Counted from the first letter of the whole stretch, positions 22,244 to 33,374 are shown. The stretch is 63,939 nt of DNA, filler included, from Rhabdomonas costata (GCA_019059605.1; 54 parts of 54 records of this genome joined end to end with filler, not necessarily neighbours in it); one strand, 5' to 3'. Made by a program: numbers and translations. Notes: a model not told the origin generated them from the letters alone.

Positions 22244-25200
22244 AGTAATATATTTTCACTTTGGCTCCACAAGAGGCGTCCGACTGTATACTATATTCTT
22301 GTAAAGAAATTTAAGGCTTACTATTCTCTGCATAGGTGCACTTTGAACTTGGAGCTGCCACATTGAATTGAACTTATACCATCTTGTATCTTTGACCTTT
22401 CCACGTTGAACTTTGAACTGCCACCAAAAAACNNNNNNNNNNNNNNNNNNNNNNNNNNNNNNNNNNNNNNNNNNNNTTAATTAATTAANNNNNNNNNNNN
22501 NNNNNNNNNNNNNNNNNNNNNNNNNNNNNNNNGTGGTGGGTGTGTTTGGTGTGGTGGGTGAGACAACGCGTGAGTATGTAAAAGACGTGTGCGTGGGATC
22601 TGGAGCGGGTAGGGGCAGAAGGCGTAGGATGAGTGCGCACGGGCATTGGTTTTCACTGTTGCTATGTTCCCTCTCAAAAACTGGGTTGTGGTATATGGTT
22701 TCTTTACCCTACTTCCCCTCGCAGTCTTTGTTCTTCGTCTCACTGGCTCTTCACTCTCTCTTGGTCTCTGTAGCAATGGGTTTAGGTCTGTCGGCATTTG
22801 GATTTCAGGTCTGGGGTTTGCGGGTTCTGCGTCGGCTGCATCTCGGGCCTGTGTCTCTTGGTCATCAGTCTGGAGCCGGCATGAGTACCACGGCTGCGCG
22901 CACTGTAAGGGGTTTTACAGCAGCCTCCGATTCCTAAGTTCCGGTTTTGCTTCTGTTGGGTCCCTCCCGTAATCTCAGTGATGGCTTTGCTGCTCCAGCT
23001 AGGCCCTCGGCGTTCTCCAGTTGTTTCAGTGGGCTATGTCTGGCAGCAATTCATTGTTTGTACGTTTCTCCGGTCTTCTTTGGTTGGCGATCTGTTGTAC
23101 TGGTTAGTTGCTAAGTTTTCAGGATTCCACTTTGGTTGGCGACCCTAGTTTGGTTGCGGTGCCAGTTAACTACCATCATCATGTCTGGTGGGCATTGGTT
23201 GGCCACCTGTTGCTGTAAGTGTGGCGTTGACAGTTGGTTTGGCCAGATCCCGTGATTCATGTTTGTTCTGCATCTCCGAGTCCGAGGGTTTTGCCTTTAC
23301 ATGTGTCCACTTACGCCTTCGATTGATGATTTTGGCTGTAGGCGTGTTCGTGGGTACGGAATTGTGGGAACGGTGGATCTGGTTTCGTTGTGCATTCAAT
23401 GGTGTTGATTTCTGGCGTCTTAGATGGTGTGCTTCAATGGTGCGTCCTTGGGTGGGTGGGTCGGTGGGTGGTTCGTGGTTTCAATGTGCATAGCGGGTTT
23501 CAGGCACCAGGCACTGCTTGTGCGGTGGTCGTCGCGACCTGCTGCAACCCTGAAAGTGTCTGAATTGTAGCTGTGGACGGTGGTTATGATTGCGGTTGGT
23601 GGTTCGCGGTTCCGTTCTNNNNNNNNNNNNNNNNNNNNNNNNNNNNNNNNNNNNNNNNNNNNTTAATTAATTAANNNNNNNNNNNNNNNNNNNNNNNNNN
23701 NNNNNNNNNNNNNNNNNNTGTTGGGGGTGAATGGGTTAGGGTGGACTGGGTCCGGTACAAGTCGACGAGTGGCGGAAGCAGGTGAGCGTTCGGGTTTGGC
23801 CCGAAAGCTGTGCAAAAAAAAACACCTCACTCCTGAGCGGACAAAGCGGGAATTGCCAGCATTCACCACCGTGGGAAGCCGCGGAGCTCCCGTGTTCTTC
23901 CATCTGGCCTTGAACCTTTTTTTGCAGTCGCACTCATACGATGGAAACCAGGTTCTCAGCTGTAACGCTTGGAAACCCCAGAAGATGAACTGGGTACACT
24001 TTCTATGTGTTCTATTGCTGTCCAGGTGGTGTTAGATTAAGATTAAGGTCTCTCTCAACCCACACTCCCGTTGTTTTCTTCCCACTGACCCCTTGACCCG
24101 ACCAACCTGCTTTGCTGCCTCCCATCCCTCACCTGAATTTCCACTTCCCACCTTTGTACGGCTCACTGTATGTTTTCTTTTCAGGGGCTTTCTTGTTTTT
24201 TCTTTAAGATACATAATACAACAAGTACATCTCCCTTCCTAATGTCCCCACTTTGTCAGACAGGACAATATTTTCCGAACTTGTCTAGACCATCGCACAC
24301 TGATTCACACAAAGGTGCTCCCGTCTTGCTGGTGCCTCACTTTTCCGTATCGACTGAGTCCCTTATCGTCTTTGCACACTGCGGAAAACATGGCCTATAT
24401 GGACATGACAGGCTTCGAAGTCCGGGGTGCATTGCGGTTCTTATGACAGACAGATCACCAGCAAGCTCAGCAAAAGGGCCCCAGGGCCAAAAAGGGCCAA
24501 ATAATTCCAAATAACATGGTCCAGGATTGCTGTTTGAACCCTTGCGACACAAAGTCTGTGTTCTTGGGGCGTTGAAAACATTTCAAAATTTGGGAATTAT
24601 GCGAAGGGGAGAGATGGGAAGGAAGGCGAAGATACACTTGACAAGGCAGGGTAACAAGGCCACACCAGTTCCACAATGCACACAACAAACATAAGAACAG
24701 AAACAACACAACGTGCCGCTCCCAAGGTGGTCAAGAGAAAGCCGAGCTCTGCATGTGACGCGGCCCGGCTGAGGGGCACACTGCGCTCAGGACTACCAAA
24801 CAACNNNNNNNNNNNNNNNNNNNNNNNNNNNNNNNNNNNNNNNNNNNNTTAATTAATTAANNNNNNNNNNNNNNNNNNNNNNNNNNNNNNNNNNNNNNNN
24901 NNNNCCTCACTTCTGACTTGCTCGGGTTTCTGACTTGCTCCGCAATTGGGTGGAGGTAAAAAAAACTTGCCGATATTCCATGCCCGCACTCTACTCCGTG
25001 CTTGCATGGAGGGAAAAATTCTCCTTCGTCATCGCTTGATTCCTCTTCTCTCACACGCTTTCCACCGGTAACCCCCGACGAGCTCACCGGGGAGCCGTCT
25101 ATGTTTTGCGTTTCTGAGGATGATCCTGGACCCTCATTTGTCTCATTACGGTCGCCGATGTCCTGTTCAGCCTCTTTTTGCTTCGGCGATCTGCGCTTGA

Positions 25201-25737
25201 TTAGTGTCCGGGTCCTTCGGGTTCCCGCAGTAGACTGTACACAAACGCTAACAAGCAGACACAAACTATCAGCAAAAAAAAAGATCACCGGGTTTTTGGT
25301 CAACCAGAGTTCTCAGCAACCATTTTCGACTCCGTAACCTCGCAGTGGAGCAGCGGTCTTGACTGAAAAATCAACCACTACATCCCTTCGAATGATCCAT
25401 TTTATCCCAAAAACCATTACCACGATAACGGTAGGTTAGCGTGTGCAACCAGTCCCCATTCCGGCACATCTGATTTTCAGGATTCAGGCCCTCCCGACAG
25501 AGAAAACAAGGTCACGGGTGGTTCCCACAAATTTTTCACACCACAGCCCTTGCACACACCTCAAAGCAGTACACAGCCTTCAAACTGGTGGACTTCTCCT
25601 CCACCCACTTATCCGCCATCGGGAGCAGCCCCCGGCTGGCTACAAACAGCACAACTGCGCCAGAGTCCTGGATATTTTTTTTTTGGACAGGGAGGGAATA
25701 CCGCACCTTTACCACTGTGTCAAGGGGGGAAACGCAC

Positions 25738-25989
25738 ATTCTTTTGACCGTCTGTTCGAGCTGCGCTGGTGCAAGCAACTGTACAACGAAGAGGGGGGCG
25801 GCGGCACGATCACAGTGCTCGTTATCGTACGCAACACGCGGGGGAAAGACTATCGCACCGCCCACCAACAGCCGCGCCATCGCAACCGCAACCACCAGCG
25901 CACCCGCTTGCGAAAAGAGCCCGCTCACCTTCACGATGTGGTGCCACTCGCTGGGCTTCTGCACCTCGTACATCGGCACAATGTGCGCC
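25738..25989 (-). CDS. Two exons (25929-25989, 25738-25778) of a hypothetical protein
   Basis: AHIVPMYEVQKPSEWHHIVK|gtgagc ... ttcgttgtacag|LLAPAQLEQTVKR|gtgcgt; 150-nt GT-AG intron. Confidence 0.55.
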
Positions 25990-26682
25990 NNNNNNNNNNN
26001 NNNNNNNNNNNNNNNNNNNNNNNNNNNNNNNNNTTAATTAATTAANNNNNNNNNNNNNNNNNNNNNNNNNNNNNNNNNNNNNNNNNNNNGTGTTGGTGTG
26101 TTTGGGGGGGTGGGGGGTCGGCAAGTGCCGCAGTGCCCCAACACCAGAAATTTAGCTTGGTTCCCCTCGATGGAACCCAATAGCCATAGAACGGAAATCA
26201 GCTACGGAGGTGCACAACAGAAGCCTCCATGGACAATTTTAGCTGTCCCAGGCTCAATAGTTTTCGAGAGGAACCAAGCTAAATTTCTGGTGTTGGGGCA
26301 CTGCGGCACTTGCCGACCCCCCTTCCCTTCTTCCCGTTACGTTACTGTGATGACCATTCAGCTTGGGACTCTGTTTGGTGGGAGAGTTCTCCGCACTGCT
26401 TCGCAATGACCAAGTTCCAAACCCGAGACCCTGGAGTGCAGCGAGGAAACGTGGTATCGATGGCGCGGGTTGTGATGTTCGGTCATGACAACACCAGAGT
26501 CCGCATTAATAATAATATAATGGCTGTCCAAATTTGTGTCTCTTCTGTTTTCTGCGGATGTCAACACCCGCCCAGCCGAAGCACATACTTATTTTGTACA
26601 GTGAGGTGCGCTGGACGTCGGAGGGGTCGAAAGTTGGGAGAGAGAGGGAGGGAGGGAGGCGAGTGAGCGGTGTTTCCCGCAG

Positions 26683-26869
26683 GTACCCCGTCGCAGTGGT
26701 GCAGTCCCGGTTCTCTGTGCTGTGCCGGGTCAACACGGTATTGCGGGCCCTGCTGCCTGTGCTAAACCTGGGGGACCTGGTGCCCCTACTACCGTCCTCC
26801 CTGCTGCTGCGGCGGGCCTGTGGGGGCCTGCTGGTCACCCAGAGCTGCGTGCTGTCCTTCGTCACCCAG
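26683..26869 (+). CDS. Exon resembling the pre-HECT region of HERC-like ubiquitin ligases
   Basis: tttcccgcag| YPVAVVQSRFSVLCRVNTVLRALLPVLNL...GLLVTQSCVLSFVTQ |gtaccc; the exon is clear, the family call is tentative. Confidence 0.55.
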
Positions 26870-27401
26870 GTACCCAAAAAATAACAATGAAGGACGGACA
26901 AAGAAAAAAAGAGAGAAGAGACTCGATGTGGTTCTCTTGCTACATTCCCCCCGCTCTCATAGCCATCCACATTAGCAAGGGTATTTCTTTGGGCCTCACT
27001 CTCGCTGGAAAGCCCCTTCGCCGCCACGACGCGGTCAGTCAGGGCCCCACTCGAATTCGCACGAATCGCACAGATCCACAGAGGATTATATTTAATCCTT
27101 GGCTTCATCAGATGAAAGACTTGTTGGTAGAGAAAGAATTGGACACCGATATATTAAGGAAGAAACTCCAAAAACNNNNNNNNNNNNNNNNNNNNNNNNN
27201 NNNNNNNNNNNNNNNNNNNTTAATTAATTAANNNNNNNNNNNNNNNNNNNNNNNNNNNNNNNNNNNNNNNNNNNNTGTTGGGGCCTGTTCTTTCTCCGGA
27301 GACCATCCCTTGCGCGCGGTTCACTCCGAAAAACTTCTTCCAAAGCGGATTGTATATGATCGCCGAAGTCACATGACTGTCACACTTTCCGCTTTCCACA
27401 G

Positions 27402-27632
27402 GATCTGCTGACGATGATGGGTATTGTAGAGATGGTGGAGGTGAAGACGCTGGCCAGCCGCAGGCTGCGGCTTCTGGGGCACAAATTCTCGATCCACACC
27501 AGCCTGAATGACTTCGAGGGGGGCTCGAGGTACGAGTTCAAGAACTTCGCGCGGGCGTACAAGGTGGACACCCACGTCCACATGGCCGCGGGGATGACCT
27601 CCCGGCAGCTCCTGGAGTTTTTGAAAAGCAAG
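27402..27632 (+). CDS. AMPD: AMP deaminase exon
   Basis: tttccacag| ...VKTLASRRLRLL...KVDTHVHMAAGMTSRQLLEFLKSK; contains the KVDTHxH metal-binding motif; probable GC donor (AAG|gcatgc). Confidence 0.92.
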
Positions 27633-28250
27633 GCATGCCCTGCATCACTGAATCACATCGCTCGTTTTATTCCCTTTCTCTCTTCAAACGATATATACGA
27701 GGAAAAACACAAAAACAAGAGTTCCCCGAAACTGTAATAATACTCTCCTTCCTGACCAGAAGACTTGGAGCTATTCCATTCCATTCCATTCCAGTTGTTC
27801 TGGTTCTTTTGAGAACTCTAAAAGGCGCAGATAAGTGCTCGAAAGAGACCTAGCGGCCAGACCATCCTTGAGAGGAATTGCCCTGGCCCTCGTTCTACTG
27901 CACTCCCGTCCCCAAAGCAGAGCCCCAAGTGACGAGCTCACTTCAATACAAGCATGTGCAAGTAAGTCTCATCACAATGTTCTTAGGATTGTCCTCTCGG
28001 GGTTTTCCTGGATACTCTCGTCTCCACCCTCGCCCTGTCTTTCCACACTTACACGGACCCTCCGCCTCACCTTGCTCTCTCTCTCTTCTCTCACACATAA
28101 CCCCCCACCTCAACCCCAGCCCAGCGCATCCATCATCCCGTCACACAGTACCTCGCACATCCAGAGCCCAACCCATCCTCCGATTTCAGATGCGAAGCAT
28201 CCCACAATAAGTCGACCTCCACCCCACAGTCCCAAAGAACCCGACGAAGA

Positions 28251-28318
28251 GCATCCAAGGCAGGCGGAGATGGTGCCTTGCTGATGATGACCCAACCACT
28301 CCGCTAGGGTCGAAACGC
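28251..28318 (+). ncRNA. Type III hammerhead ribozyme motif with loop I-loop II pseudoknot (stem III partly degenerate)
   Basis: AUC site 28253-28255; stem I caaggca 28256-62 / tgccttg 28274-80; CUGAUGA 28281-87 plus extra U; stem II gaccc 28289-93 / gggtc 28307-11; GAAA 28312-15; loops gcggag and ctccgc are complementary. Confidence 0.78.
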
Positions 28319-30857
28319 CAGTCACTCCGGTAAGACATCAGATCATCCAGCTGCACAACANNNNNNNNNNNNNNNNNNNNNNNNNNNNNNNNNNNNNNNN
28401 NNNNTTAATTAATTAANNNNNNNNNNNNNNNNNNNNNNNNNNNNNNNNNNNNNNNNNNNNGTTGTTGGGGTGGTCATATTTCACACCAGGCTTTCTACTG
28501 CCCTCCAAATGAATGGGGTCTTGGCGCCGCTACAGCCGTGGTGGTCCAATAATCTCGAAGATACCGACACAGCAGCAGGGATTTCTGAGACCCCGGTTCG
28601 GAGCTGCCCGAGGAAAGGGTATTACCCCTCCAAGTACCGAACCATCCCGAACCCACCACGTGTCGCAACCTGCGGGCAGCCTCCGCAGACCGAGTCCCCG
28701 TAGGGAGCTCCGACGGCAGTCCTCATCAGGCTCATCTGCACTAACACACCCACCCACCTCCAAATCCAAGAGGAGTCGGAAACCAAAGGAGTTTGAAGCT
28801 GATATGTCACTCACCGAGTTGATAATCGCGCCGATGGAGGCGACGCCAACAGTCAAACCAATCCACGTGGATTATGAGTGACTTCGGTACACGACGGTTT
28901 AAATTTTCGGACAAAAAGTCAGTTCTCTGCTGGACTAAGGGTGCATCGACAATTTTTTGTCGTTGACTGTAGCAGATTCTCTCAATCTGACCAGATCCAA
29001 GCTGCCACGAGAGATCCTAATGACGCAGGTGGACAGAACCAGCGTCAGAGTCGACACCTTCGTTCGTCCTGTGTTACTAATCCCAACTAGCTCTCAAGGT
29101 AATCACATCGCCAATCCCAATGATTCTCAAATACACGTTACTCCGTTACTTCAGAGTCCAAGACAAGTGGGCAACCAGTCAGAGCACTCTCCACAACCAA
29201 GGTCAGACCTAACAGGTGCAAGCGCACTCATCCACCAAACAGCTGCCTTTCATTCGACTTTGTGGAGAACACTTTTGAGATATCTCGGATCCAGTGGAAA
29301 CATCCACCGAACCATTAGCACTTGTTGACCAACCGCCCATCTTGGAGCAAATTCAGTCAGCTAGGTGATGCGGAAACAAGTAAAGAAATAGACCTCACAC
29401 CAGAGGAGCGCACTGAGATTAAGAGTCTGGAATTTCGGCAGACTGTCAGCAGAGCCGGAAAAGACCCTGCTTGTGATGAGCCGACACCCATCTTCAAATC
29501 GTTCACAGCAGATGCTGGACGCCTTTATTCACACCACCTGTAAAAGNNNNNNNNNNNNNNNNNNNNNNNNNNNNNNNNNNNNNNNNNNNNTTAATTAATT
29601 AANNNNNNNNNNNNNNNNNNNNNNNNNNNNNNNNNNNNNNNNNNNNGTATCCCATTTTCGGAAAACAAGCGGCGTCCGGCTGCAGGGGCCGCTCGTTGGA
29701 TTTATCCACTTCACTTGAACCCATCTCCAGGCGGTTGCGTTACCGCTTTGGTGCACGCAAAATAATGGCGACCACAGTGATGAGACAATTTTTTTTTGGC
29801 AATGGCACTGACTCATAACCTGAGCTGAGCGCACTGCGCACTGTGCTTCTCACGTTATGGGACGGAGTCATTCCAACACTGGAGATCTGGAAAGAAATGA
29901 TCAGAAAGGTTAATGTTCACAATGTTAGTGCTTCTGGTGTTACGGAAAGCTAATGTGCTGGATGGACCCCACTGTTTTCTCTTGCCGAGTAGTTGTCAGG
30001 CTCCAACGCGAACGCACTACAATGGCATCACACGATCGCAATGCTTTTTGTTCCATTGCAAGATCAATGATTGTTGTTGACAAAAACAAGAATCTACATG
30101 AACATGAGCGACAGGAAGATGCCATGCCTTCGATTTTGACCTTTTGTCAACGTTTTCGCTTCCCATCCTGTACCATGCGGAGGAACCTTCTTACGAGCAC
30201 ACTGATTTTCATTTCGTGGACTTCTTCCGTTACAGTCACGTTTGAGCCCAAGGTGATGATAATGCAACACTACATCGGCCATTCTGTCGAAGAAGTGGAC
30301 GCATTGGAGCTGCCTGTGCACGGGGCGCAACACAAAAGTGGAACTTGTCTGGTACTCGTGTTTGCAGAACTTCGTTGACGAGGTGGGTGCGCTTCTGCCA
30401 CCTCTCTCGTCTGACGTAGGTAGGCCGTGGATATTTTTTACAGTCGAACTGAGAGCGTTCAACAGCCCACCGCGCCGGATTCCATGCCAAATACACGCAA
30501 AGAATGTGACAGCAGCGGGGACGACACCAGCGACTCTTCTGCAGAGGAAAGCATTCTTTCCGATGGCTTGCGCGACTAGATGGATTTGCAAGATGCCGCC
30601 GATTTTTTGCCATGTGCTTCAGTCAACCCAGGCTCCGGCAGCGACTCAGATACTGCGGACCCGAAGGATGTTCCGTTCGTCACAAACTGTTTGGAATTCA
30701 CTTCCAGCGTATCTAAACACCATTTACACATTNNNNNNNNNNNNNNNNNNNNNNNNNNNNNNNNNNNNNNNNNNNNTTAATTAATTAANNNNNNNNNNNN
30801 NNNNNNNNNNNNNNNNNNNNNNNNNNNNNNNNTGTGTTGGGTGTTTTTTGTGTGGTG

Positions 30858-31270
30858 TGTTTCTCTTTTTTTGTTCTCTCGCTCTCACTCTCTTTTTGAA
30901 TTGACGATTTCACGAGTACGCTGAAAGAGTGAAGCCGGTAGATCGTGATGTGAAAGGGGGTATTTGGTCTGCAGCCGCATGAGATATTTGCAAGGGGGCA
31001 GGGTCTTCTGTTTTTGTTGGAACCAGTGGGGACGCGTCAAAGGTTTCGGTACCACTGGAACAGATCGATGTACGAACATTCTCTGTGTGCGTGTCCGGGT
31101 TTCAGATGAAGGAGCCTTCGTGCTACGTGTTCCAATGGTGTGCTTTGTTTCTCTTTTTTTGTTCTCTCGCTCTCACTCTCTTTTTGAATTGACGATTTCA
31201 CGAGTACGCTGAAAGAGTGAAGCCGGTAGATCGTGATGTGAAAGGGGGTATTTGGTCTGCAGCCGCATGA
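30858..31270. repeat. Direct repeat of about 125 bp (30858-30982 and 31146-31270)
   Basis: Essentially identical copies 288 nt apart; the first abuts the contig start. Confidence 0.9.
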
Positions 31271-32032
31271 CCTCCACGGTACTCCTTCTCCCCACACTTC
31301 GCCGAGCCTCCCTCCATGGGCTTCTTTGCTGCGCCTCGCTGTGTGACCGTTGTTCACAGCTCCTTTTTTCTCCTCTTTTTGCCCTCCATACAGCTTCCCA
31401 CAAACCCCATTTGTTGGCCCCTCATCTCTTTTGCGCCGCTCGCTGCTGCCTTTTCGCGCCATCTCTCACTCGTCCGGTGTCACTCAACCGGTACGCTGTC
31501 ATCTCCACGGCTCCAGTCTTGCCAGCGTGAATTTTTTTTTGCAGAGTTTGGGTTGTCGCTTCCTTTTGTTGCTGTTCTGTTTTTGCTGGCTTGAACTTAA
31601 GCTCCCTTTTCTGTTCGGCGCAGCTGATGCAAGTTCGTTGTGTCAATCAATGGCTTAGGAATGCTTCGCTTCCAACATTTTCTTCGTTCTTCCCCCCTCT
31701 CCGGATGTTCTTTCTTTCACTCTTCTGCTTATTCTGCTGTTGCCTTCTCTTTGGACTTCTTTTCGAACTGGGCGTGGGCGTTCCCCCTCCTCCCTGGCTC
31801 TGTTCCTCGAGGCACGGCCGCAGGTTTTCTGTGTGCTTTTGAGCGAGAGAGAGAGTTTGCGTTTGCAAAATAAATAGGCTGTTTTGAACAGCTCGCCTTC
31901 TGACCCTGCCCTCCCTTTNNNNNNNNNNNNNNNNNNNNNNNNNNNNNNNNNNNNNNNNNNNNTTAATTAATTAANNNNNNNNNNNNNNNNNNNNNNNNNN
32001 NNNNNNNNNNNNNNNNNNGTTGGTGACCTCTT

Positions 32033-32151
32033 CCCGAGCCAGCCCTGGCCACTGCAGGGGCCCGCCGTGGAAGCCAGCCAGGTCGGGAAGAGGTCACTGT
32101 CCCACCCATCCAGAGTGTCCAGGAACCGCAGTAGGGCGTCCCGAGTGGGAT
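32033..32151 (-). CDS. Exon with a leucine-rich-repeat N-terminal cap (LRRNT_2-like), cut off by a fold-back
   Basis: cctactcag| PTRDALLRFLDTLDGWDSDLFPTWLASTAGPCSGQGWLG matches ALLxF...W...PC...WxG. Confidence 0.6.
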
Positions 32152-33268
32152 CTGAGTAGGAAAACGTCAGCAGCGGGTGAGCCGGGTAGAGCGAAAAGCC
32201 AAGGGGAACGATCTCGCTGCATCCTCAATCACTCACCCCTCCACTACCTCATTCCCCGAATCAAACACCCTTGCCGGCAAAGAAGGAAGTAAACACCCGC
32301 GTGCTTTGCATACCATGCGTGGACCCACAAAATTTCCCGTTTTCAGCCGCCCAGGTGAGCCTGGTTGTGTTTTCTGTTGATTTTTTCACATGACACATGC
32401 CAATATGTTTTTCAATTTCACCCGGAAAGGATTCGCCGCGCTGTCGACCGAAACATTTACGTACGGCAAAGATGGAAACACCCTCTGGACACGTTTGCTT
32501 TCTTAGCACGTCTTCGCACGTCATTGTACGGGAACACCCCTCCCCCAAGAAAGCATCTGTGATCTGTGCTCAGCGCTCGGCGACAAGACATCTTCGAACT
32601 CGAAAACACTCACCCCCCTTGCAAATCCATGTGGAATTCCAAGAAACAGACCATCTAAACCCCCGCCATGTCTTCCTGCCGGTTTGCTTGACATCCTCTT
32701 GACGGTGGGCTTTTGTCTCTCTTCAAGGGGCACGTTGGGTTGTACCAAGGGCAAAACTATCGCGTGAACCCCTCCTCCAAAAACGGGTGAACTCTCCGCC
32801 TTCAAGGTAGAGTGACCGCGCCGCTATGCGCGGCACCCTATTAGGTAACAATCATCACTAATTGTGAACCATGGAAGACGGGACGAGATGAGCAATCACC
32901 TCTCATACTTTAAACCGAGAACAGTCAGAGCGGCTCCCAAACATCCGTGTCAGAAGCAAAACAAGGTTGCTTCTCCCAAATGTGGAGGAGACTTCAAGCC
33001 AGGGGCGGGGTGACCCCGCCTTCTCTCCTCCGGGAATTACCAGAACAGCGGGTCTGCAGCAGATAGTCTGGGAACTGCTGACCCTGCCCGCTCACCACCA
33101 CCCNNNNNNNNNNNNNNNNNNNNNNNNNNNNNNNNNNNNNNNNNNNNTTAATTAATTAANNNNNNNNNNNNNNNNNNNNNNNNNNNNNNNNNNNNNNNNN
33201 NNNGTGGTGGGTGTGTTTGGGGGTTGGATTTCTAAAGGTGGGGAGGGAGGATGTGGTGGTGGGCTGAC

Positions 33269-33374
33269 CTGGTTGACCCCCATCTTCCAACTCTTTGTGG
33301 GGTCCCTGTTGTGCCGCCAAATCTCCTCCAGGCGTTCGGTAATCAGAGCGCGGCGAGAGCGCTCCTCCTCAGCG
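33269..33374 (-). CDS. Papain-family (C1A) cysteine protease prodomain (inhibitor I29), downstream exon
   Basis: tttctag| AEEERSRRALITERLEEIWRHNRDPTKSWKMGVNQ |gtcagc; ERFNIN-like helix followed by W.MGVNQ. Confidence 0.85.

Noticed and set aside
26112-26322. Long hairpin as a pre-miRNA, nonconventional intron or MITE (also 17580-17690 and 42705-42975)
   Set aside because: One arm always abuts a contig end and merges into a primer-like tail; the same pattern truncates a coding exon at 32033, indicating fold-back chimeras
28228-28284. PKEPDE peptide as the next AMP deaminase exon (resembles KxEPDE after the FIKSK motif)
   Set aside because: The available AG puts it out of phase with the upstream exon, similarity does not continue, and the region is better explained by the hammerhead fold
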